64,000 bases of DNA, from the IMG/VR virus record IMGVR_UViG_3300000203_000004, positions 1-64,000 of that record. One strand, 5' to 3'. The translations under genes and the position numbers were made by a program. Positions 49,915-57,038 of this stretch are shown piece by piece (position 1 is the first letter of the stretch; the number at the start of each line of letters is the position of its first letter). The stretch comes from a virus (Duplodnaviria > Caudoviricetes). The notes beneath the pieces were generated by a model. That model searched no databases. It was not told the origin of the DNA and was given only the letters and a program-made list of their open reading frames with translations.

Positions 49915-49987
49915 TGGCGCTCCTAAGCGGAATCGAACCGCTCTGTGACAGGCTTCAAATCCTATTGACACAATAACAATCAAGAGC
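49915..49987 (-). pseudogene. degenerate tRNA (8-nt anticodon loop, aberrant D-arm)
   Basis: Intact acceptor, T-arm and GCCA; loop ATTTGAAG. Confidence 0.55.
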
Positions 49988-49994
49988 AAAAACT

Positions 49995-50069
49995 TGGCGC
50001 CGCTGATGGGACTCGAACCCACCTGATATTGATAGACAATCAATTGCCCTCCCTGAGGACTACAACGGC
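49995..50069 (-). tRNA. tRNA-Asp(GTC)
   Basis: Loop TTGTCTA. Confidence 0.85.
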
Positions 50070-50215
50070 TAAATTTGGGGACCTAGTTTTGCGTTATATG
50101 GCCCATCGAACGATTCTAATTTGTCAAGGAGAATTCTTCCTGCTTACTTTTTACAGGGTTCGGCTATAATATATGTGTGCCGTCCGAACAGTATATAATC
50201 TCACACATATTGTTT

Positions 50216-50289
50216 TGGTAACGCATAGGAGAGTTGAACTCCTCTACCCAGAATGAAAATCTGGTATCCTACCGATAGATGAATGCGTC
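50216..50289 (-). tRNA. tRNA-Glu(TTC)
   Basis: Loop TTTTCAT. Confidence 0.85.
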
Positions 50290-50294
50290 ATAAA

Positions 50295-50683
50295 TTGCTG
50301 GCATACTCTACGTGAGGATTCTTACCCCGTCTTTTACAAGTTGTACTTCTATGAACACAACACGGATCACCGAGTAGCCAAGATGATCGACATTTACTTT
50401 GTGGCTCTTGCTTTCCACTTGATTCAATAGGTGCTATGCTTCAGGACGACTTGCATAGCGTTGCGAGAATTCCGCCACATTCAGTGTCTAGAACACCTTA
50501 GTAACTCGCGTAATCCACTTAACCGGTTTCCCGATCCAGGTTTTTGATTTTGCGATTTCCGAGCGACGAAGGATTTTACACTGTTAAACTGAAGTGACCC
50601 CATATTTCGATGCACTGTATGGCACCGGCCCCTACTCTCTTATCCGCGCGTAGTCCTAATTAAAGCACATCGCGTTTCAGCAA
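50295..50683 (-). ncRNA. candidate ~390-nt structured RNA between tRNA-Tyr and tRNA-Glu
   Basis: Fills the spacer exactly; ends TTGCTG/CAGCAA pair; no ORF >=60 aa. Confidence 0.5.
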
Positions 50684-50687
50684 ACTT

Positions 50688-50773
50688 TGGTGGATGATGA
50701 TGGTAACGATCCATCAGAGCCTTGCGGCGTCCGGGTTACAGCCGGAACCGTCTCCTTAACGGTATAATCATCC
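50688..50773 (-). tRNA. tRNA-Tyr(GTA)
   Basis: Loop CTGTAAC, V-arm. Confidence 0.88.
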
Positions 50774-51153
50774 TAAATCATATTCAAACACATTATTGGG
50801 AATTCAACCCAAGACCGCCTAGCGGTTCGACGCTGATAATATGCTTGAATATGATTCCTCGCCCTGGGGTCGCTTCACAGCGTCCTTGCTTTCTTCAACC
50901 TGCTTTCGCAGTAAGATCGCTCTCGGGTATCGAGGAAATCATTCGATAAGTTTTTAATGAACTAAGTTCAATCGGGGTGTCTTTCGACACATTACATGCT
51001 TAGGGCTCTGTATGCCTTTATCACAAACATTTAGTTCACCTCACGCAACATCATTGTGTTTCGCTACCATAACGTGCTGCTTTGCAGACTCCGTTCAGAA
51101 CCCGATTAAAGAACTAAGTTGATAAGTTCGATCACTTTTTCAACGTATGCTGT

Positions 51154-51182
51154 ATTATAGCAGAAGATTGATTAATTGTCAA
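51154..51182 (-). promoter_or_regulatory. sigma70 promoter inside tRNA array, followed by two boxA-like sites
   Basis: TTGACA-17-TATAAT; AGTTCTTTAA (~51107-51116) and AGTTCATTAA (~50955-50964). Confidence 0.65.
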
Positions 51183-51314
51183 GTTCCCTTCCTGCTTACT
51201 CACTGTACTTGCTCTCACTGAGCGATTTTCCAGTGCCTCTGCCGTTTTGTTCTCAACCTTCAATCAATCTAAGAGTCTATTATAGCAGAAAGTCCATTTA
51301 ATGTCAACTTTGTT

Positions 51315-51389
51315 TGGTCCGGCGTGAGGGAATCGAACCCCCATAATGACTTTAGAAGAATCATGTCCTATCCGTTGAACGAACGCCAG
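51315..51389 (-). tRNA. tRNA-Arg(TCT)
   Basis: Loop CTTCTAA. Confidence 0.88.
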
Positions 51390-51393
51390 AAAT

Positions 51394-51747
51394 TTATGCT
51401 TGTCTATGTAGGAAATGTTCCTTGACCGAAGTTGGGCCGAAGTATTTTTGTATGATATCTTTGACAACTTGTGGTTCGAACTCTTTACAACTGAACACAT
51501 CAAAATATGCAGTGCCGTCGAGTTCCATGAAGTGAGCGCAGATGTTGCTGGTCTCAATCAGTTGAACCAAGCTGAACCCTTGCTTAGGATCGCCTAGCAA
51601 CATAAACTCAATCATGGGTTTTCCGTGAGCAACCATGTCAATAGCAGGAACAAGTTCAGTGATGAACTTTTTAATTTGTGCTGCACTGGCAATGTTTTCA
51701 TTGCATCCTGCACAGTCTAACATTAAATGGTATCCCCAATATTTCAT
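51394..51747 (-). CDS. speD: S-adenosylmethionine decarboxylase proenzyme
   Basis: WGYHL.LD; QLIETS.I..HF; DVFSCK.F. Confidence 0.85.
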   Translation of the reverse strand: MKYWGYHLMLDCAGCNENIASAAQIKKFITELVPAIDMVAHGKPMIEFMLLGDPKQGFSLVQLIETSNICAHFMELDGTAYFDVFSCKEFEPQVVKDIIQKYFGPTSVKEHFLHRQA

Positions 51748-51771
51748 GTAAGTCCTTTGTTGCTATTATTT

Positions 51772-51838
51772 ATCAGGATGCTTTTTTACGGTTTGATTAT
51801 GAGTCAAATTTTATGTAATGTTTGCTGAACGCATCCCA
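51772..51838 (-). ncRNA. CAGCA-helix RNA copy 9 carrying Met-CAU anticodon stem-loop
   Basis: GGGATGC-GTTCAGCAA...TTTGA-CTCATAA-TCAAA...GCATCCTG. Confidence 0.75.
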
Positions 51839-51864
51839 TGTTTGGCTCTACCGATGAAAATTCT

Positions 51865-51939
51865 TGGTGCCCAATGTCTGATTCGAACAGACGACCTACC
51901 GCTTACAAGGCGGTTGCTCTACCCCTGAGCCAATCGGGC
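51865..51939 (-). tRNA. tRNA-Thr(TGT)
   Basis: Loop TTGTAA. Confidence 0.9.
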
Positions 51940-52001
51940 GATTGGATGATACTGACTTTCATCAGCATCATCTTTATTTATACTCTGTCGCTTCGTCTAA
52001 A

Positions 52002-52562
52002 TTAATTTAGCAGGATACGCGAGTGCTTCGGAACACCAGTCATCAAATATTCCATTTGATCAGCCAGGATGTTCCTGTTAGCCAGAATCATGTTTTCGAA
52101 ATGATTCGGCGCGTATGGCACATACAGCAGGGCCATGTTTGCTTCCTTCAGAGTCTCGTGACCCTTTCGGCTGTTACATTCCTTGCAGGCTGTGACTACG
52201 TTCATCCAAGTGTTAGCACCACCTAAAAATTTAGGGACAATGTGGTCCCTAGATAGATGATGATAGTTCGGCGTATGTTCACCGCAGTATGCACACGTGT
52301 ACCGGTCCCGACCGAACAGAGTCTTGTTCGTCAGCGCAACCGTACCATGCTTCAACGGGTTGAACCCGTGACCCTTGATAGCGATTATGCTGGTTGATTC
52401 GATGTATGATTGGGTGCCGTCTTCTTGGAATCCGCCGCGATATTTTGCCACAATTTCGCCCAGTGACCATGCTACTGAATCAGTTGCGTGGTACAGGATT
52501 GCGTCATCGTAAGAAATCCACTGACGCGGAATTCCGGAAATATCTAATGCTAAAATACTCAT
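52002..52562 (-). CDS. HNH (McrA-like) endonuclease
   Basis: RD.YTCAYCG...SRDHIVP...GG.NTW.NVVTAC..CN..K. Confidence 0.88.
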   Translation of the reverse strand: MSILALDISGIPRQWISYDDAILYHATDSVAWSLGEIVAKYRGGFQEDGTQSYIESTSIIAIKGHGFNPLKHGTVALTNKTLFGRDRYTCAYCGEHTPNYHHLSRDHIVPKFLGGANTWMNVVTACKECNSRKGHETLKEANMALLYVPYAPNHFENMILANRNILADQMEYLMTGVPKHSRILLN

Positions 52563-52602
52563 GCTGGCTCCTTTTAAATGTGTCACTGTATTTAGTTGCG
52601 GT

Positions 52603-52677
52603 TGGCGCGCCTTGCAGGAATCGAACCTGCACCTCTTGTTTCGAAGACAAGGATGATATCCATTTCACCAAAGGCGC
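52603..52677 (-). tRNA. tRNA-Arg(TCG)
   Basis: Loop CTTCGAA. Confidence 0.88.
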
Positions 52678-52684
52678 ATTGTAT

Positions 52685-52774
52685 TGGCGGAAGTAGTAGG
52701 ATTCGAACCCACGGACCCCTTTCAGGGTCTCCGCATTTCAAGTGCGGTGCAATCGGCCACTCTGCCATACTTCC
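52685..52774 (-). tRNA. tRNA-Ser(TGA)
   Basis: Loop CTTGAAA, long V-arm. Confidence 0.9.
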
Positions 52775-52782
52775 ATAAATTT

Positions 52783-52859
52783 TGGTGCCCACGGGGAGAG
52801 TCGAACTCCCAAACTACGGCTTCTTAGACCGTTGACTTTACCAATTTGTCTACACGGGC
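52783..52859 (-). tRNA. tRNA-Leu(AAG)
   Basis: Loop CTAAGAA (A34). Confidence 0.85.
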
Positions 52860-52861
52860 AT

Positions 52862-52936
52862 TGGCACAGGACCGGGGATTCGAACCCCGAACGACAGCTT
52901 CAGAGGCTGTAGAGTTACCAATTACTCTAATCCCGT
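52862..52936 (-). tRNA. tRNA-Gln(CTG)
   Basis: Loop CTCTGAA. Confidence 0.85.
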
Positions 52937-52941
52937 ATGTT

Positions 52942-53015
52942 TGGCGGGCTGACTAGGACTCGAACCTAGACTGACGGTTTTGGAGACCGCGATGCTGCCA
53001 TTACACTATCAACCC
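52942..53015 (-). tRNA. tRNA-Trp(CCA)
   Basis: Loop CTCCAAA. Confidence 0.9.
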
Positions 53016-53026
53016 ATACTAACTCT

Positions 53027-53102
53027 TGGTCTCCATAGAAGGATTTGAACCTTCACCGCATGCTCCCAAAGCATGTACGCTACCAGATTACGCCATACGG
53101 AG
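53027..53102 (-). tRNA. tRNA-Pro(TGG)
   Basis: Loop TTTGGGA. Confidence 0.88.
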
Positions 53103-53161
53103 AGTTGATTGGATGCGGAAACAGTTTTTGCGCTATTTCTGCATAGATGTATAAATACAGT

Positions 53162-53875
53162 ATGAATAAATTTCAACTGTATTGTTCTTGTATTTATTGC
53201 AAGTTGTCGGTAACCGCACAAAACTTATCAGCACATTACTCGCGGCATGAGAGGGCGAAACCCTGTGCCCAGTGCGGGAAACTAATAATGGCCGGCAAGT
53301 TCTGTTCTAAATCATGTAGCGGAATATTCAATAATAAACTACGATTACCGGAATCACGAATCAACGGTGGAATTACATTACTTAAAAATAAGAAAAAACT
53401 CGGATGGGAACCCAAGTTAAAAACTAAGTTACCTCGCCCAGTTAAAAGCAGAACTTGCGTAGAGTGTGGTAAAATAGATACGACCAGTGGTCGTTTTCAA
53501 TCCGACAAATGTATGTTTTGTAATGATTCGCTAACTTATCGGGAATCATGTAAATTTACCTTTAATCTAAAAGACTACCCGGCAGAATTTAATTTGGCAT
53601 TGCTCACTGAACATGGCATGTTTAATCCAAAAAGCAACCAGTCTGGTGTCTCCAGAGACCATCTATTGTCAGTTTCCTACGGGAAAACAAATAGAATAGA
53701 TCCTAAAATTATTTCTCATCCGGCTAATTGTCAACTGATGACACAGACCGAAAACAAGAAAAAACAACATCATTCATCCATCACATTTGACGAGTTACTC
53801 GGTCGTATTGCTGCTTGGGATACAAAATACAAAGATGCGGGGTCAGGGCATGCTCCTGAAAGCGAAGGCTTATGA
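53162..53875 (+). mobile_element. HNH-like endonuclease gene inserted in the 3' end of a tRNA(CAT)
   Basis: SRDH..SV..G...ISHPANC..M...N; flanked by GATGCGG at 53112-53118 and 53834-53840. Confidence 0.75.
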
Positions 53876-53902
53876 GACCCCGCGGCCACTCGGCTCCCCG
53901 CA
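53834..53902 (-). tRNA. tRNA-Met(CAT), fMet-like, CCA displaced
   Basis: TGCGGGG/CCCCGCA acceptor, loop CTCATAA, atypical D and T loops. Confidence 0.65.
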
Positions 53903-53934
53903 TTTTTGTACTCTGAACTTTATTTATCATTACC

Positions 53935-54008
53935 TGGTATCTCTGGAAGGAATCGAGCCTTCGTATCTGTCGAGTCAGAACAGTGTTCTACCATTGAACT
54001 ACAGAGAT
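53935..54008 (-). tRNA. tRNA-Val(GAC)
   Basis: Loop CTGACTC. Confidence 0.82.
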
Positions 54009-54014
54009 AAATTT

Positions 54015-54091
54015 TGGTGCGCGAGGCGAGAGTCGAACTCGCAGGTTCCACCTTCTGAGGATGGCGACTTTACCAATTTGTCTACACGCGC
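54015..54091 (-). tRNA. tRNA-Leu(CAG)
   Basis: Loop CTCAGAA. Confidence 0.88.
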
Positions 54092-54095
54092 ATAT

Positions 54096-54154
54096 AACAG
54101 GATACTTATTTTTCAATTAAAAGTTGAATTTTTGATTTTGCTGTTCGTATCCTA
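54096..54154 (-). ncRNA. CAGCA-helix RNA copy 10 carrying Lys-UUU anticodon stem-loop
   Basis: AGGATAC-GAACAGCAA...TTCAA-CTTTTAA-TTGAA...GTATCCTGTT. Confidence 0.78.
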
Positions 54155-54259
54155 AAACTGATTCGTGAAGTGGAATCGAACCACGCTTGGCAAAGTGACG
54201 CCTACCCAGCTTACGCTTCTCGGACTTCCTGTGCTACCATTACACCATTCACAAATTTC

Positions 54260-54334
54260 TGGTCCCGCTAGGCCGAATCGAACAGCCATCTAGGATTTAG
54301 GAAATCCCTATTCTATCCGTTGAACTATAGCGAG
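54260..54334 (-). tRNA. tRNA-Arg(CCT)
   Basis: Loop TTCCTAA. Confidence 0.88.
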
Positions 54335-54521
54335 AAATATTCTTAAGGCTGTCATCTGTTACAAGTGTGCGGGAATCGAACCCACGCCTCCGACTTGAAT
54401 GTCGGCGTTGCTTCCGCTGAACTAACACCTCAACACCATCTTTTCGTGCGCCAACACTAGGGATGATGAGACAGATTAAGCACTGCTGCCAATTGGCGTC
54501 AACAGCCTTAAGAACATTGTT

Positions 54522-54599
54522 TGGTACCCTATCTCAGATTCGAACTGAGAGAATAACAGTTTTTGAGGCTGCTGACTTTACCAATTTGTCTAATAGGGC
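54522..54599 (-). tRNA. tRNA-Leu(CAA)
   Basis: Loop CTCAAAA. Confidence 0.85.
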
Positions 54600-54607
54600 A
54601 TAATATT

Positions 54608-54685
54608 TGGCGGTTCGTATGGGTTTCGAACCCATCTGTATCTTCCGTGACAGGGAAGCGTCCACTCCGAGCAGACTCACGAACC
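54608..54685 (-). tRNA. tRNA-Asp(GTC)
   Basis: Loop CTGTCAC. Confidence 0.88.
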
Positions 54686-54693
54686 GAATTGTT

Positions 54694-54770
54694 TGGTGCG
54701 GGATAGGAGATTCGAACTCCTACTTACGATTTGGAAGACCGTTGTGCTAGCCGTTGAACACTAATCACGC
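54694..54770 (-). tRNA. tRNA-Gly(TCC)
   Basis: Loop CTTCCAA. Confidence 0.85.
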
Positions 54771-54777
54771 ATTGTTT

Positions 54778-54860
54778 TGGTGGAGACGTGTGGTTTCGAT
54801 CCACTCCCCGAAGGGCGAATTTTACAGACTCGCTGCTGAAGCCATCAGCTTTCCGTCTCC
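54778..54860 (-). tRNA. tRNA-Tyr(GTA)
   Basis: Loop CTGTAAA. Confidence 0.82.
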
Positions 54861-54868
54861 GAATTGTT

Positions 54869-54940
54869 TGGTGGACCTATGGGGTAACGATCCCCAAGCA
54901 TCGCATTGCAAGTGCGTTTCCCTACCCATTAGGTAAGCCC
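54869..54940 (-). tRNA. tRNA-Ala(TGC)
   Basis: Loop CTTGCAA, G3:U70; identical to 56967-57038. Confidence 0.8.
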
Positions 54941-54995
54941 ATGAATTGTTTGGTGGACCCTAAGTTTGTCATCATTGGCCCTTTGGAGATTTTCT

Positions 54996-55070
54996 TGGTG
55001 GACCGTCGGGGAATCGAACCCCGAATTTCTGGTTGCAAACCAGATGTGTTCCCGTTAGCACTAACAGCCC
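54996..55070 (-). tRNA. tRNA-Ala(TGC)
   Basis: Loop TTTGCAA, G3:U70. Confidence 0.9.
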
Positions 55071-55080
55071 ATAAATTATT

Positions 55081-55158
55081 TGGCTCCGCAACTAGGGATC
55101 GAACCTAGCTTATTCTTCATTAACAGTGAAGCGCCTACACCATGCTGACTCTTGCGGA
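55081..55158 (-). tRNA. tRNA-Asn(GTT)
   Basis: Loop CTGTTAA. Confidence 0.85.
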
Positions 55159-55166
55159 ATAAATTT

Positions 55167-55240
55167 TGGTCACCGATGTAGGAGTCGAACCTACGCCTCC
55201 TGGTTCCGGGCCAGGGCTGCTACCGTAACAACTATCGGAG
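55167..55240 (-). tRNA. tRNA-Pro(CGG)
   Basis: Loop CCCGGAA (C33). Confidence 0.8.
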
Positions 55241-55246
55241 AAATAT

Positions 55247-55341
55247 AACAGGTTCGTTTTGTACTTTTTGATTTGCGTGAGAAATCCAAACTCACATGAT
55301 ACGGCAATTACCGTGATTTTGTTTTTGCTGAACCGAACCTA
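55247..55341 (-). ncRNA. CAGCA-helix RNA copy 11 (hairpin loop TTTGGATTT)
   Basis: AGGTTCG-GTTCAGCAA...CGAACCTGTT. Confidence 0.72.
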
Positions 55342-55346
55342 AAAAT

Positions 55347-55403
55347 AACAGGATGCACATTTGGTTTCATTTACAGTGAAAGTTAATTGCTGTAGGCATC
55401 CTA
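55347..55403 (-). ncRNA. CAGCA-helix RNA copy 12 carrying Tyr-GUA anticodon stem-loop
   Basis: AGGATGC-CTACAGCAA...TTTCA-CTGTAAA-TGAAA...GCATCCTGTT. Confidence 0.78.
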
Positions 55404-55408
55404 AAGAG

Positions 55409-55482
55409 TGGTCACCGCGGGCAGAGTCGAACTGCCGCCCCCTGGATCCAAGCCAGGAACGCTACCGTAACGCTTCGCGGAG
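55409..55482 (-). tRNA. tRNA-Pro(TGG)
   Basis: Loop CTTGGAT. Confidence 0.85.
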
Positions 55483-55488
55483 AAATAT

Positions 55489-55550
55489 AACAGGATAGTT
55501 TTTGTCGCTAGACATCCAAAGTTAGCTTATTGTTTGCTGAACCTATCCTA
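55489..55550 (-). ncRNA. CAGCA-helix RNA copy 13 carrying Pro-UGG-like loop
   Basis: AGGATAG-GTTCAGCAA...GCTAAC-TTTGGAT-GTCTAGC...CTATCCTGTT. Confidence 0.75.
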
Positions 55551-55554
55551 AAAC

Positions 55555-55629
55555 TGGTACCTGGTGCCTGAATCGAACAGGCCACATTCCGCTAATCGGG
55601 CAGACGTTCTTCCACTGAACTAACCAGGC
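55555..55629 (-). tRNA. tRNA-Ile(GAT)
   Basis: Loop CCGATTA. Confidence 0.82.
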
Positions 55630-55635
55630 ATATCT

Positions 55636-55712
55636 TGGAGTGACGGGTGAGATTCGAACTCACGAACAACGGGTTTGCAATCCATGCCATTAGGCCTCTT
55701 TGGTACCGTCAC
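55636..55712 (-). tRNA. tRNA-Cys(GCA)
   Basis: Loop TTGCAAA, U73. Confidence 0.88.
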
Positions 55713-55720
55713 ATAAATTT

Positions 55721-55796
55721 TGGAATCAGTACGGAGAATTGAACTCACGATTTGCGACTTGAGGGGCCACCGTCCTTACCCTTAGACGATACTGAT
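55721..55796 (-). tRNA. tRNA-Glu(CTC)
   Basis: Loop CCCTCAA. Confidence 0.75.
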
Positions 55797-55927
55797 ATAA
55801 TTAGTGCTATGTCCTTTTGCGAGGACTCTAGTTGTAGTTTGAGAGGCGCCCTTAGGCCCAATTAATGGATCCAGATATATCTGGGGAAGCCGTCCTACCA
55901 CAGCATTAAGCGATGCTGTGCATTCTT

Positions 55928-56004
55928 TGGTGCACCGCCCGGGATTTGAACCCGGATCTTTCTGATTAAGAGTCAGACATAATAAGCCGTTATACGAACG
56001 GTGC
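55928..56004 (-). tRNA. tRNA-Lys(CTT)
   Basis: Loop CTCTTAA. Confidence 0.88.
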
Positions 56005-56094
56005 ATAATTTGGGAGTAGACTGAGGGATCGAACCTCAACGCAACTAGTATACACCGGCAATGCCGGCTGCGGTCCATTCTCTACTCATAAACT

Positions 56095-56169
56095 TGGTAT
56101 CCTGCAGGGGTTTTGCTCCCCTCTCAATAGTTTGAAGGACTATCGGCCACACTAGCTGCCTCGCAGGAT
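56095..56169 (-). tRNA. tRNA-Glu(TTC)
   Basis: Loop CCTTCAA; atypical T-loop. Confidence 0.7.
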
Positions 56170-56175
56170 ATATCT

Positions 56176-56250
56176 TGGAGCGGGTATCCGGTAACGATCC
56201 GGAATCTTAACTTTGGCAAAGTTATGTGCGTCCATTCTCACTCTACCCGC
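56176..56250 (-). tRNA. tRNA-Gly(GCC)
   Basis: Loop TTGCCAA. Confidence 0.85.
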
Positions 56251-56260
56251 ATAAATTGTT

Positions 56261-56335
56261 TGGTGGTGGTAGAAGGTAACGCTCCTTCGTCTAAGCCTTA
56301 TGAGAGCCTCGTTGCTACTTTTGAACTATACCACT
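56261..56335 (-). tRNA. tRNA-Met/Ile2(CAT)
   Basis: Loop CTCATAA. Confidence 0.75.
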
Positions 56336-56340
56336 GTATT

Positions 56341-56416
56341 TGGTGCAACCTGTAGGAATCGAACCTACTTCATCGAATTTTCAGTCCGCTGCTATGACCA
56401 CATCAGCTAAGGTTAC
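56341..56416 (-). tRNA. tRNA-Phe(GAA)
   Basis: Loop CTGAAAA. Confidence 0.88.
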
Positions 56417-56422
56417 ATATTT

Positions 56423-56499
56423 TGGAGCCCACGTTCAGCCTCGAACTGAATCCTCAACGTTACGAAGGTTGCGTACCACCAGGGGCATACTTCGCGGGC
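56423..56499 (-). tRNA. tRNA-Thr(CGT)
   Basis: Loop TTCGTAA. Confidence 0.75.
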
Positions 56500-56509
56500 G
56501 AATACTTTT

Positions 56510-56583
56510 TGGTGCCCCACGACAGAATCGAACTGCCATCCACGGATTACAAAACCGTTATACTTCCATTGTACTAGTAGGGC
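56510..56583 (-). tRNA. tRNA-Thr(TGT)
   Basis: Loop TTTGTAA. Confidence 0.88.
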
Positions 56584-56726
56584 TAATAGTTTTTCAGAGG
56601 CTACCTATCCTTGTTCAGGGGACTCAATAGTTTGTCTCGTATGGAGGAGGTCTTGCTTTTTTCGCGTGAAAAAATCCGATCAGTCGGCGCTACTTGCGAC
56701 TCGACTCCCACGTCTATCTGAAATCT

Positions 56727-56800
56727 TGGTGCCCCCACTAGGAATCGAACCTAGTGTTAATCCTTACCAAGGATTTAGTCTACCATTAGCTTATGGGGGC
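56727..56800 (-). tRNA. tRNA-Thr(GGT)
   Basis: Loop TTGGTAA. Confidence 0.88.
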
Positions 56801-56806
56801 GAATTT

Positions 56807-56882
56807 TGGGGTAAATGACGGGATTCGAACCCGCTCTAAGAGTTTCACAGACTCTGGTGCTAACCGATACACTACATCTACC
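56807..56882 (-). tRNA. tRNA-His(GTG)
   Basis: Loop CTGTGAA, G-1:C73. Confidence 0.9.
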
Positions 56883-56888
56883 ATAACT

Positions 56889-56963
56889 TGGTACCCCTGA
56901 AAGGAATTAAACCTTTATCTGAACCTTCGCAGGGTTCCGTGATATTCATTTCACTACAGGGAT
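56889..56963 (-). tRNA. tRNA-Arg(GCG)
   Basis: Loop CTGCGAA. Confidence 0.78.
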
Positions 56964-56966
56964 GTT

Positions 56967-57038
56967 TGGTGGACCTATGGGGTAACGATCCCCAAGCATC
57001 GCATTGCAAGTGCGTTTCCCTACCCATTAGGTAAGCCC
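56967..57038 (-). tRNA. tRNA-Ala(TGC), duplicate
   Basis: Identical to 54869-54940. Confidence 0.8.

Noticed and set aside
50295-50683. tmRNA
   Set aside because: No GGGG..GGATTCGA 5' end, T-arm or CCACCA 3' end
56095-56169. Opal suppressor / Sec tRNA reading (TCA)
   Set aside because: The perfect ATAGT/ACTAT stem centres the loop on TTC, and there is no long V-arm
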